DNA of 64,000 nucleotides from contig NC_092675.1 of the NCBI RefSeq assembly GCF_964355755.1, forward strand, positions 24,524,912 to 24,588,911, in the 5' to 3' direction. The notes beneath the pieces were generated by a model that was not told the origin of the DNA, did no database searches, and saw nothing but the letters and a program-made list of their open reading frames with translations. The DNA is from Antedon mediterranea (taxonomy: Eukaryota; Animalia; Echinodermata). Shown here piece after piece: positions 26,301 to 38,301 of the stretch; positions within the stretch are counted from its first letter, which is position 1, and every line of letters begins with the position of its first letter. Position numbers and translations under genes: made by a program.

Positions 26301-27970
26301 AAGTTATTAAATATAACTAAATTATAAAACAAAAACAAAATGCGCATTTTTAGTAAAGCATATAAAGCTATTACAAAACATTACTGTTTTGCCATACCAC
26401 ACCGAAAATGTTAAAGAGTTGCTATTCAATCGGGTTTGAACTACACAATGAAGCCCCAGTGGTCTAATGGTTAGGACAGCTGCATATCAAGCAGAAGGTC
26501 CAGTTTCGAATCTCGGTTGGAGCTTTTTCTCAGTCTCACAGATTTCCTCATCTTATCGTTTCAAATTAATTTTCTATACCTGTTGTAGGGTGCTACTGAT
26601 TTTATCCTTTGAACTACCAGAAAATCCTTCTTTTGATAACTTCAATATTAACTCTACCCTTTTATAAGGTCTGACAGCAAGTGCATGGATAATGTGATCC
26701 CTAGAACACAAAATGATTTGTAAAAAAAAAAATTGATTAAGCACTCAGAAACTAGCGAAATACTAAATAATAATGAAAGCAATAGAGGATGTGCTATTTA
26801 CTATTACGGTCCATATTGAAGATAAAGATAACTCCAGATTTATCATATCACCAATATATTGATTTCTCTGAAAATGGCATATTTAAATGGTCAAAATTCA
26901 GAAGAACAACTTTAAAAAGTGTCATGTCATTGTCATCAATGCAAACAAACAGAACAATTATTACAAAAGTATTATTAAAAAAACAATGACAACTATTAAT
27001 GAAATTTCAAAAAATATCTTGTGATTACCTGCATGGATATTTGCTTGTCTGCTTTGGACTACTTGTATTGCTAGAATTACTATTTTGACTGGCACTGCTA
27101 TAACCACTACTACTGCTACCGTTACTACTACAGCTGCTGTTACTCATGGGTGTACTCGGTGTACTGGGTTTTTGCACTATACTAGGCTTGCTAAGAGTGG
27201 TCTTTTGTTTCCATGGAGGTATTGCACTTTCTGTTTTTTTCGACTGAAATTTTTGAAGAGTTGAGGTCGGTGTCCGAATCTTTACTTTGCGTCCTTGTTT
27301 GAGACCCTTCTGCTCAATCACTTTTGTACTAGAATGAAGCGGAAAAGATGTTACATTGAAATATGGTACTACATGGAAATGATTGTATACATAAATGTAA
27401 ATATTCTCAAAATGTACAGTGTAAGTACAATTAAAACTCCAACATACTGACTTTATGCAACTGAAATGATCCGACATAAGTAAAGTCCAACATTATTAAC
27501 CTTTTTATATTTGTATAATTTTGTTTGTGCTAATTTTAAATATAGTAGGTATGTTTGGGTTTATGCCTAGTAAATTATGTACTATATTTCACTAATCATT
27601 CTTTTAAGCTCTGTCTACACTATTAAACTTTGTGACATAAAAAATGTGATGTGCCCATATGGACATGATGTCATATCACTACCATATTTGGGCATACCAC
27701 TACCAGTTTGATAGTATAGACAGAGCTTAATATTATACCTGACTTTCTTCAGTTCTTCTTCAGCTTGCTTCATCTTATCTGACGTTGCAGTGTAGCTATC
27801 ATCTGTTGCCTTTATTGTCACTTTGTTCATTATGCAGCCAATACTTTCAATCTGATCACTAAAAAAAGCATATCTTAGATTATAAATTGTAATTACATTT
27901 TTAAGTCGAAAAATGAAATATTGTGATAGTTTGTATATGTATGTAACACTCTATAGACTGATAACGATTG

Positions 27971-28001
<31 letters not shown>

Positions 28002-30083
28002 CTGGTGGCCAATAACATCAAAACAGTGATTTATTCTGCCATTGTTGACAGGGGTTGTGATGCAGAATACATGAGAGTTTGGGTTAAAAACAAGTATTAT
28101 ATGTATTTAACAAGATTTACAATTACCCATACCAACCCCTCCAAACCCCCAGCCCTGAACCCATCTTGCCCTGACCACATCCCCCACCAACTCTCTCCTT
28201 TCACTTCCTGCCTTCCATAAAGCAATACTTACTAATGCTTATGCTGAAGGCATTCACAGCTGTTGTCTGGAAGTGTTGTTACTTGTATTTTGAATTCTCT
28301 ACATCCTGAAACACCAGGCAATGATATCGTCTGAAAAAAAGAAAATAGGAGTTTAATTACAACTATATCAAATTAAGTTTTCTAAATTTATTTTGAGTAT
28401 GTTAATGAACTGAACAAAAAATAATATAAGACTTACGCCTTGGTTGCTGTTAAAGGATATGCTTCCTTTACGTTTCGGGCCATTCTGAAATCATAATTTG
28501 AATACATACATTATTTTAATTTACATGTGGTAATGTTACATAACAAAAAAACCTGCACATTATTATCAGTAGAATAACAAACGCATTTTCAACTATAAAT
28601 AATTAAATCATTTTACAAATTGTGAACTGCAAGCCAGACTTAGTTAGCGAAGGGTTCTCAAAATTTTACACAGGATTAAATTCAAGGCAATACGTGGAAT
28701 ACTGTGCAGTCTGAAGAATAAAAAATTAATCATGTTTCTAATGGTATGCAATTCGGAAAATTAAGTAAGAGATATATTGACAGATAACCGTATATTTAAT
28801 ATTGCCTTGTTTTTTATAATTCTTCAGACTTCAGATCATTCAATTCTAATCAACAGCTGAAATCAGGGAGTTGTACGGTAAACGTTACCTTTTAAAGATG
28901 ACGTTTCCAACATTCTATTCACTTAACAGCACTTGTTTGTTTTGTTTTTATTTGAAGACGGAAGCATAGACCGAAACGCATGTGTCAAATAAGGTTCTCA
29001 ATGTATGTAACAAAGTTAATATTTTTGTAATATTTACGCATGTGAAAATCGTAAGTGGTCAAAGCTTGCCTGTTTTTCAGGTATTGAGAAACTATCGTTA
29101 AAACTGACCAATTATTCAATGGTTTACACTTACAGATTATGTCATTATAGTTTGTGTACAAAATACGCATGCGCCGATAATTCTTGACTTTCCACAAAGC
29201 GGTGTTTTTTACCCAGTTGCATGTGCCTTCCTTCGGTTTGCAACACTTCATGTGAGCATGAGCAACTCTCGATAACACCAAGAATTATCACTTTAAAATG
29301 TGTATATTGTTATTTACAGTATTCTCAACTTTTATGAAACAATTTGAAAACTCTCCACAACTCTACGTCAACTGGAAAACCTGCTTTTAGGAAATAGCAT
29401 TAATGTTTAAATGCTTGTGCGGAAACTCCCTATACGTAATCTCACTGCTCAGTCAATGAGTAGCTGCGAAAATTCAGTTACCGTCAAAAATCGCACTGAT
29501 AGACAATAAATAGCAAATAACATGCACGGTTGACTGTGCCATTGCCATGCCAATGGTGGATCACCTTATTAGGAAATGCTAGAATTAAAAGACTGGTATA
29601 GTAAGTTATTATAGGCCTATCCTGCTCAGTTTTGGCAAGTCAGCAACTATTTTTGTAGACATCTGTTGACAATAATTTAGACCAGTCTGTCTTATTATGC
29701 GCCTGACTATTATTATGTGTACCCGTTTTTTTAAACTGTAAGAAGTAATTGGTTAATTATTAACACAACACGAATTTAACACAGACAAATCTATACAAAA
29801 AAGTGTGTTTTAAGACTTTAAGAATTGGCAAATGATTTTAATAAGATAAAAACGCTGGCGCCCTAACATAACACAAAAACGTAAGATAAAAGACTGACGA
29901 AAGAAGTTGACACTTTTTAGAAAGTGTTAGATTAAGAAATAAAATGTGTACCTTTATTTTTTGAAAGTCCTCAAGTACTTTTAAAGATGTGTCAGTTAAT
30001 TTGAGCAATAGCACAGTTTTATTTCTATTTGAGAGTTTACTACGATCAAAAACATATTGCTCATTATCTTTCAAATCCGCCAT
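23309..30083 (-). CDS. ELL: RNA polymerase II elongation factor ELL (ELL/ELL2-like), 530 aa
   Basis: 11 phase-consistent GT-AG exons: 30083-29952, 28484-28437, 28330-28233, 27858-27739, 27328-27029, 26700-26580, 26236-26130, 25621-25522, 24883-24645, 23940-23724, 23419-23309 (1593 nt). Motifs LLKLTDTSL, KVTIKATDDSY, RDHIIHALAVRPYKR, EVREDWPLYS and the C-terminal occludin/ELL domain EQRLKYKNVFNEEYKEY...LHGKLGFIKRLVLEYD. Confidence 0.95.
26453..26524 (+). pseudogene. tRNA-like pseudogene or SINE head (Asp-like, ATC at anticodon position) in an ELL intron
   Basis: A box TGGTCTAATGG, B box TTCGAATC, cloverleaf with mismatched acceptor and T stems, followed by TTTTT. Confidence 0.6.
27607..27727. 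mobile_element. Short MITE (agctctgtctacac TIR family)
   Basis: TIR agctctgtctacactat / atagtatagacagagct with TTA/TAA flanks. Confidence 0.8.
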
Positions 30084-30330
30084 ATTCGACGATTTGAGGT
30101 TTTAATTCCAGCCTTCAATGTCCAGACGTTAACAATTTCGAGACACACGTTGACGACGACGGAAAGACAAATTATTATAGACTAATTTATATTATTTATA
30201 TTTAGAGGGCAGCATCTAGGCTAGTGGTTTTCTTTATTTTTGTTTCTTTAAAAAAAAGAACAGAAAGACAGTTTGTAAGTTATATCTCACCTCCCAGCAG
30301 GGAAAGTGAAAGTAAGTGGTGAGTAAGTAT
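30084..30330. promoter_or_regulatory. Probable bidirectional promoter of ELL and NAA35, with NAA35 non-coding exon 1
   Basis: ELL ATG at 30083 (minus); plus-strand donors GTAAGT/GTGAGT cluster at 30312-30328; the NAA35 ATG exon has an acceptor (tgtag, 31651), which suggests an upstream exon. Confidence 0.6.
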
Positions 30331-30404
30331 TGACATTTTGTTATTAACCTAGACCTATGCTATAACATTCAATCAGTAGTAAGCCTATATAGAATAGCAG
30401 TAAG

Positions 30405-30643
30405 CAGGCCTCTCTCTAGCTAGCTAGAGGGCCTCCTAGCCTAGAGGGCCTAGGCCTACTATACTACTAGCCTAGGCCAGCCTATAGGCCTAGGCTAGGC
30501 GGATGCTACTACTCTACTAACCTAGCCTAGGCTAGGCCTAGCTAGGCTCTAGCTACTACTAGGCTTAGCTAGCCTAGGCCCCCTTGCTAGCTAGGCTAGA
30601 CCTAAACTAGAGGGCACTCATTATTGTGGTGGGCTAGCTAGAC
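30405..30643. repeat. CTAG/AGGCCT-rich low-complexity tract
   Basis: Dense ctag, taggccta and gctagc words; resumes at 31198-31257 after the inserted element. Confidence 0.8.
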
Positions 30644-31197
30644 GGTGTGTGACCGAAAAGGCTGCCGACTGAAACGGCCGCCAACATTTTCTATGGGACG
30701 CCAATACAGTATTATAAACGTACAGTAAAGCCTATGAAACCACGATGGAGGAACAAATAAATGAAACCAACCAATATATGTTTAAGAATAAAATCAAATG
30801 ACAAAGAATAAACATATTTTTTAGTTAAGTTTTTATGAAAATAATGTTTTAATTATAATAATTCACCATTCTGAATTTATTTAACGTATTCAAACAAATA
30901 CTGTATCAATTAATGAAGTTGAAATAGGCAAAACAGTCGGCGGCCGATTTTAATAATATAATATTTAATGTAATGTAAAATTAAAAAATAATGATAATTA
31001 AAAACATCTATATAAATATTTATTAAGTCACATGCGTCTAAAGTCATTTCAATCTGAAAAAAAAGTAAAACAATTGTATTAAACCACACGTCGTTTTGAT
31101 TACACGTTGTTGACAAACGGCACACGCGACGTTTCATACATTCAATTGTGTTTTAATTGGCGGCCGTTTAAGTCGGCGGCCGTTTCGGCTGTAAACC
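30644..31197. mobile_element. MULE-like non-autonomous DNA transposon
   Basis: 8-bp TSD AGCTAGAC (30636-30643 and 31198-31205), GG..CC termini, imperfect TIRs with repeated aaacggccgcc; superfamily assignment is tentative. Confidence 0.75.
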
Positions 31198-31392
31198 AGC
31201 TAGACCAATTAAAATTACTACTAGCTAGCCTAGGATAGGTGGCCTCGGCTAGGCCTGGTTCAGGCTTGCAGTTCAAAAATTATTTATTGTTTTTGTTCTG
31301 AGATGTTCCAAATTCTTGCTGCATGCGTATTGCCCTGGTATTAACTAACCAATCATAGTAAATCAAATAGGCTAGCGCTCAACTATTCTTTC

Positions 31393-31452
31393 CTCCCAAG
31401 ATTTCACAAGGTTCGCATATGCGCATACGCGAACCTTGTGAAATCTTGGGAG
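31393..31452. repeat. 60-bp near-perfect palindrome (miniature foldback)
   Basis: ctcccaagatttcacaaggttcgc / gcgaaccttgtgaaatcttgggag 24-bp arms around a core containing tatgcgcata. Confidence 0.9.
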
Positions 31453-31674
31453 TGTGAAAACTTGGTGTGTGAAAATATGTCTGGAGATCAAACCTGGTTA
31501 CAATACAACTTGTACAAGTTGTAACAATTTATGCAGATGTGAAAAGGTTATAAGTTTTTTTTTCCATTTGTAATTTAGTTTCGTTCTCTATCTTTCTTCA
31601 CCGCTCCCCCTGGTTCTGCCCCTGACTACTGCTTTATTTAAATAACTGTAGGTAAAAGAGCAAATACAACAAAG

Positions 31675-34600
31675 ATGGATGGAGGTGAAACAAAAGAGGT
31701 ACCAAATGCATTTTCTCAAGGTAAGTGATCTTAATTTACTGTTCTTTAAATTTGAATTAATGATGTCCGTTTTAAAATTAGAAAAATGGGATTTTTAATT
31801 TAAATGCCGATTAAGATAAGCATCACTTAAGGTAAGGTAAGCATCATCATTTTATTTTTTCTTAATTAAAAATATCCAGTTTTTTTACAATTCTTATGAA
31901 TTCTCCAGCTTATTATATCAAGCAGCCGAAATGTCTTCATATTATCTGTCAAGTGTTTTAAAGTATAATACGCTATTATTTTATTGATTACATTTTCGAA
32001 CAACTTTTTTTTAAAGAATGTTCAACACAAGCACTGTATAATTGGTTAGATGTCACAAGTGATTTTATTGAAGCTACAGAAGAACTTCAGCAAGGAGAAC
32101 TCTTTCATGATTCCAGGTTTGTTTTTCTTTTCCTTGAATGGTGTGAAATCCCCAGATCATTTGACAAATAAAACTTTGCTAAGCACCTTTATTTTTTTTT
32201 AGTTTTGGATTGTTTGAAGCAATGTCAGCAATTGAAATGATGGACCCCAAAATGGATGCTGGTATGGTTTGCCATCAAAAATGTGAAATATCAAATCTTG
32301 AACAAGGTATAGAAACGGGAAAAATTAAAATAAAGGATATTTCATTGCCGGATCAGATTGCAATCATTGATACAACATTTGCATGTTTGGTAATTTTTTT
32401 TGAATTTCTATTTCTATTTTCCACTGTAGTTGTTGCATTTAAGCTTTTTGGTCAGTCTGTCAGTTTTACTATCATTATTTTCTAATGGATTTTGCGGATT
32501 CCTCTTTCAAACTTAAGGTCAAGGAAGCCCTCCACATCACGTGGAGTAAACCTGCCTTGAACAAACAAATCTATAACTTATGTGTCACGCTTGCCATTAT
32601 GATTGTTTGTTAACTATGTTCCTGGTTGTTTTATCATGCTAATTACTTCTTCACTTACATACAATCTGTCCTATTGGTATATAAGTACTCTAGGCGTTGT
32701 TTTCTGTTCTGATAATGAGAATAGTTTCTCAAAACATGTCACATTTTAAGGCAGTTTACCTATTCATTAAATGTCTCACTATAGTTATTTAACTCATTAT
32801 TTTATCATAGGTAACTTGGCTTGAAGGACATTCATTAGCACAGACAGTATTTACAAGTCTGTATACACACAATGCAGATATCATTGAAGATCGTTGTATC
32901 AGAGCTTTCACACTCGCTATACTCAAGATGGTTGATATCATCAAGGATAAGGTCATCAGGGCTGCTGTTTATGAAGAGGTACCATTTTATTTATTTTTTA
33001 ATAAATGAGGTTGTTATCCCTGTTTTTCTACAATCCAGAAAATGTTTTCGAGACGAGTGGTCAAGTGGTTATGTCAAGACTGCAGCAAACTATAGCCAAA
33101 AAATTATGATCAAAGCGCTGCTCAACTATATTTCAGGTGGTAGAAGTGTGGTACAGTGTACACACACTCATGAATTTTAAAGAACCCATTACATGATCTT
33201 TCGGAGAAGAGTAGAGGTTTTCTTCAGTGTACTGGTGTGGATTGCAATATAAAGACTTTGTCTTAGGCTTAGATCTAAGCCCCTCGCGAAAGTCATTAAA
33301 CCAGCCTTGGCTTAGACTTCTTATTGCAATGGTCTTAAATCTAAGACCATCCTTGCTAAGGGTTTCATCTTGGGCTTAAATCTAAGACCGCTGTTAAGAC
33401 CTTATTGCAATCTGGTCCTGGACGAACAAATTAGTGCCATTTGGTGGCAGCACTTACACAAGAGGACCAATAGAGAAGAGTAACATCTGGTCTACTCCGC
33501 TGAGACCATTTGAGACAACAAAGTCTGATTTGTTTAAAGCCAGTTTAATATGCTTTTTTTTTCATTTTGTTAGGAGGACTTTCAGCCACTTTTATATGGT
33601 TTTCAATTGGCATCAAATGTAACAGAGATGCGTGTTTGTGGCATGTTGAAGGAAGTTGAAGAAGAGTACAACAAAAAGATAAAAGTAAGTTTTTATACAA
33701 GTACTTGTAGTTTTAGTTCTTAAACTCTTATTATGCATAGTGATTTAAATATTCCTTGTTTTCATAACTTATTGTAAAATTATGGGTTAAGGTGCCTGAA
33801 ATAGTAGTCCCTTTTCAGGCACCAAGGCCATAGTTGTTATTCTTTTATAAATTTAAAACTAACAAATATATGGTTATAAAAATATCACAACTTACTCAAA
33901 GTCTTGACCATTTTCTCATGTTCCTAAAAAGGGTTTCTTTTAATGTAAAACGAAAAAAAGATGATTATAATTTTACTAAAACAGTAACAATTTTTCAGAT
34001 GACAAGACCACGTCCAAATGAAAAGAAAGATGATCTTAAAGAATTACAGGTACATTTTTTCTTTGTTTTCGCACAAGCATGTAAACCTTAACTTTAACGC
34101 TATTTATATATATATATATATTTCAGCATTTTCTAGAGAGAACTATTTATTATATCATTTATTATTGACAGCATGAGCAATACACTGCAGTCTACACTAG
34201 GATCAAGGCTACTAGAATGATTTACGTCACCTTGCTAGATTTGAACAAAAAAGAGGTATGTTTAACTACATTTCAACCAAATGAATTAGATGAGCCACGC
34301 AAGAAAACAATGTGCATGTTGATATGGGAAATATATTTGGTGTTTTGTTTTATGTTTATTAAACCTGTTGCAGTGATCATTGTCATTGGTTTAAGCAACT
34401 GAATTAAAAGCCTAGTGATGTATTTATATTGAACACAATTTTTATTGTTTTATTAATATATAAACAGGTAAAGGCTGGTGTAGAGGAAGCTAAGAAACAT
34501 TTAGACCAATCATCTAGTCTCCTTTCAACCGTCAAACAATCCATAAATCTAGGAACAAATCAAATGAAAGAGTCGGACACACAACAATCGAATCCAGGTA

Positions 34601-37600
34601 GTTTGTCACTCAATTTACAAATTTATAAAAATTATAACAATCATTGATTGAAATTGATTGAGCGAAATTTACTAGTTCAAATTGTTTCTATTTTTTGCGA
34701 AGTAAAATATTGCGATCAGAGATCTGGAAATGAGCAATGATGCTTTCATGAGCACTTATGCGAATCGAAAAGCTCAGCAGTCATGTGAGGAACATAAATG
34801 TCACAGCTATTCGTTCATGTAGTGGAAAGAGAGTAGGCGATTGTTTTCTCTTTGAAACGTTGGATTCGCGCGAACAAATTCGTCTAGTGGAAAATCGGCT
34901 TAAAATGAAATGAGAACCATCTCATAGTGTAAACCTTTTGTTTTTATAATCTTTATATTGCAGATATATCCACTGTAATGGGCTTTGAACCTCTTGTTAA
35001 TCAGCGGTTACTGCCACCAACGTTTCCAAGGTATACAAAGATAGTGGGACGTCTAGAAGCTATAGAATATCTTATAAAACTCATTGAACGATTAAAGAAA
35101 GTTTGCCAAGTTACAAATCAAGGAAACTTTCAGGCTATAATGGTGAGTAGACACAGCTTAAAGATGTAATGTCCCCCTGAAAAAATATTGTTTTAAATTT
35201 TTTGTTTTCGAATATGCCATTTTAATGTCACATAATAGTTATTCACTTTGACCAAAAATAAGACCAAAACAAAAAAAAATTTACCTGAAAAATCTGTAAT
35301 TTAAAGCAAAAGAAAAAACAGTCAAATTGGCTGCCAACCAATGGGTTTTTGGTTGAATTTAACTGTTTATTTTGTCTTTTTATAACTGACAACATTCTTT
35401 TCCGGTTTTTTTTTCTAGTGAAGTGATTAACTTTGTTAAAACTACTGTACAAAGTCAGATTTTATTCATTTTCATTTTTAATGTGTTTTGGGGACAATAC
35501 ATCTTTAAACAATCTATTTAGATTTAAGTACAATTTTGAAGCATGTGTGACTTTCTATACAGATATGAAGTATTAATTAACGTTGAATTCACGTTGCATA
35601 TAGTTTTCCATTGAATTTTTAGTTAAGAGTGTTTTTAGTTAGTTCAGTTAACAGATTTTCTGTTGAACAAAAATGTTACCAAATCGGCTAAAAGCCTGAT
35701 CAACTTTGTCTATGGACATTATTCAAAATGTTTTTGTTTTTTCTCTAAGGATTTTTTTATTGACTTCAGCAAAGAGTGTCCGTGTATTCTGTCACGATCA
35801 ATACTTCAGCTAATCTTCCTTCCATTCAATAACAAACGTGTGTTTGCTGTTGAACTGATACAAGATTCAATCAAAGATTATCTCCGTACACACATGTGTT
35901 TCCCCATCTTTTTAACGCGTCATCCATTATTTAGCAATCAACAAGCTAAGGAACACATTGATGCTTTTTTAAACCGAGCTGTAAGGGTACGTAGTTATTG
36001 TTTAGAAATTTGCCTTCAATTTAAAATGTAAAAAAATCATTGAGAAACACTTTTATTATAAGGCTGAGTAGCTTTACCAAGAATTGAAGAACATTGGCTG
36101 TAATGACCGTCAAGTGAGCGGTTTTAGTAACTGGGCATTATACTACACATTACGTACAATTATACAGTATACAGGATACAATGTAAACACAGGTTCTTTG
36201 AATACTGAATAAAACTATATAAAATAAATATATAAAATTTCTTACAGTCATAGGAAGCAAACTAATCTGTAATGTACATAATTTATTGTGTAGAAATTCA
36301 AAACACAATTTCAAAGTGAATACAGTATTCAATTTGCCAACATTTGCTCAATTTAGTGTTGAGTAACTGTTGCAAAAATAAATTTCCTAATTATATTTGT
36401 TTTTTATTGTACGCTTTATTGCTCTTTTACTCTCATGTAGCCTATTTGTCAACTAATGCAAGTTCATGGTCACAATCGTGCACGTCAACGTGAAAAACTA
36501 GCTCATGCTCTCGAGGAACTATCCACATTACAGGACGAAGTAAGCCAATTAAGTTTATATTGTTTGAAAGTTTGCGGTACATCACATAAATAGTTCTGAA
36601 AAGAACTGTTGAGTTTCTCACTTTTTGACCAATATGATTTGATCATCGTCTAAGTTTGTTTAAAAAAATTATCCTGCGTATTTAAATTCACATAAAGTCT
36701 GCCCCTTCCATCTTGTCAACAATTCACATTTATTAATATGCCTGACAAGACATACTTCACATGACTGTAAAAAACTTTTATTATTAGGCTGAACAGCTTG
36801 ACCAAGAATTGAAGAACATTGGTCGTAACGACCGTCAAGTGAGCGGTTTTAGTAACTGGGCATTATACTACACATTACGTACAATGATACAGTATATGCA
36901 GCTAGGGTTTGAGTTGGAACTGTATGCTGTACATGAATATCATTACATCTATTGGTGAGGAATCAAATCTGTAAAAAAAGCTGTATATAAAATTACAACC
37001 CGAACAGAATTCTATGCAAATGCTTATTTTTTTTTTCATTTTTCATAATTAGGTATCTGTCTGAATTCCTGTACAAATGGTTGGAATCAACACTGAGACG
37101 CTTAGAAGTCATGCTGCAAGAAAAAGAATCCCACACTGATCAAACGCAGAAGTCGCGTATAAATCGGAAGAAAGCTAAAAGGAAAAAGAGTCGTCCAATC
37201 GATCGTGAGATGACGTTAGTAGAAGCATTCCAAGCTATGACCTGTGGTTACTACAAGGTAACAATTGTTGCTGTTATATCGCTCATATCCCCAAAGAACA
37301 TAATTTTATAGGACGCAAAATCTTCTTTCTTTTTTCTCTCTCTTTTTTTGCTTGTAAATGTGCAATGAATCAGATAAATACCATAATAAATATTTTGAAT
37401 TATTACTAAAAGCGTAAAAGTAACTCAATTTCAGCAAAAAAAAATAGATTTTGGAAACAACGCTATGTTTTCTTTATTATATAACATAATTATTTTATTT
37501 CATTAATAAATTATGTATACCTATACTTTTGATTTTTTTTGGTCTTTTTTACATAGCTGGATACAATTTTATGTTTCTATATCATGTCAAAATATGTTTT

Positions 37601-38301
37601 CATTTTTAAAGGCTATGATTGGTTTCAAGATGTCTCGTAAACTTATTCAACCAAACTGCGATTTTGATCAAGAACGAATCCGCTACGAGCATCGTTTATC
37701 TGCATTTACAGTCATAATGACTCCTCCTCCTGTTCAATACGAACACTTTTTAGAAATGACGAATCCGTCTAAATACCACCACATGCCAACTTCTACTAAC
37801 TTCTTCCAGATGGCTCAACAAGAATTCCAAATGGCATGGAAACGATTTGAAAGTGTCTCAAGCCCAACAGAAGAAGTAAGTAGATTATTTTTGTAAATCC
37901 ACCCACAGCCCTTTAATATGTATGCAATGGTATATTATTTGATATTATGTAACACCTAAATAAATTCCTGCAATTTGATTGGACGATTGTGGGTTCAAAT
38001 ATAACTTTTCATCATTCACCTCATGCCATTATTTGTACCATTACACTCATAAACATTCATTATTTGTATATTATAACACTTTTGTATCCTTGCTAGAAGA
38101 ATTGTTTTTCCATACAAAAAAAAATGGGAAAAAAGTACTATATTGTTTCTTTTATTTTTGTTATAGATGATTATCCTTGGGAAAATAGCAAAGAGAAATC
38201 ATGTTGTTGTCAAACTACTTGCCAGTGGAAAAATGTCATCAAATCCACCTGAATTTGATTTTTCCAGTCATTCTACTTATCCAATCATAAAACTAAAATG
38301 A
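31675..38301 (+). CDS. NAA35: N-alpha-acetyltransferase 35, NatC auxiliary subunit (MAK10), 720 aa
   Basis: 15 phase-consistent exons: 31675-31720, 32017-32116, 32203-32389, 32811-32978, 33574-33684, 33999-34049, 34172-34255, 34468-34597, 34964-35142, 35750-35986, 36441-36539, 36788-36954, 37053-37257, 37612-37875, 38167-38301 (2163 nt). Motifs [78 protein letters not shown]. Confidence 0.97.
32485..32794 (+). mobile_element. 5'-truncated Penelope-like retroelement (GIY-YIG C-terminus plus pLTR with decayed hammerhead)
   Basis: Translates [28 protein letters not shown], the typical end of Penelope GIY-YIG endonucleases (LKIKEALHI..KPxLN), followed by CTGATAA-tgaga..tctc-aAAA-CATG-TC at ~32709-32740. 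Confidence 0.8.
33050..33235 (+). mobile_element. Degenerate tRNA-derived SINE
   Basis: A-box-like gagtggtcaagtgg and Deu-like ttaaagaaccc...tctttcggagaagagtag. Confidence 0.55.
33232..33420. mobile_element. MITE with gattgcaata inverted ends
   Basis: gattgcaata / tattgcaatc ends and repeated cttaRatctaag palindromes. Confidence 0.55.
35162..35504. mobile_element. Kolobok-like non-autonomous DNA transposon
   Basis: TTAA TSD; TIR agatgtaatgtcccc / ggggacaatacatct; same family as 3281-3614. Confidence 0.8.
36045..36172 (+). pseudogene. Degenerate partial copy of NAA35 coding exon 12 inside intron 10
   Basis: Matches ~36770-36896, including the upstream acceptor flank; has an in-frame TAG at codon 3. 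Confidence 0.9.

Noticed and set aside
26453-26524. Functional tRNA gene
   Set aside because: Mismatches in the acceptor and T stems and a non-canonical anticodon loop; kept as a pseudogene.
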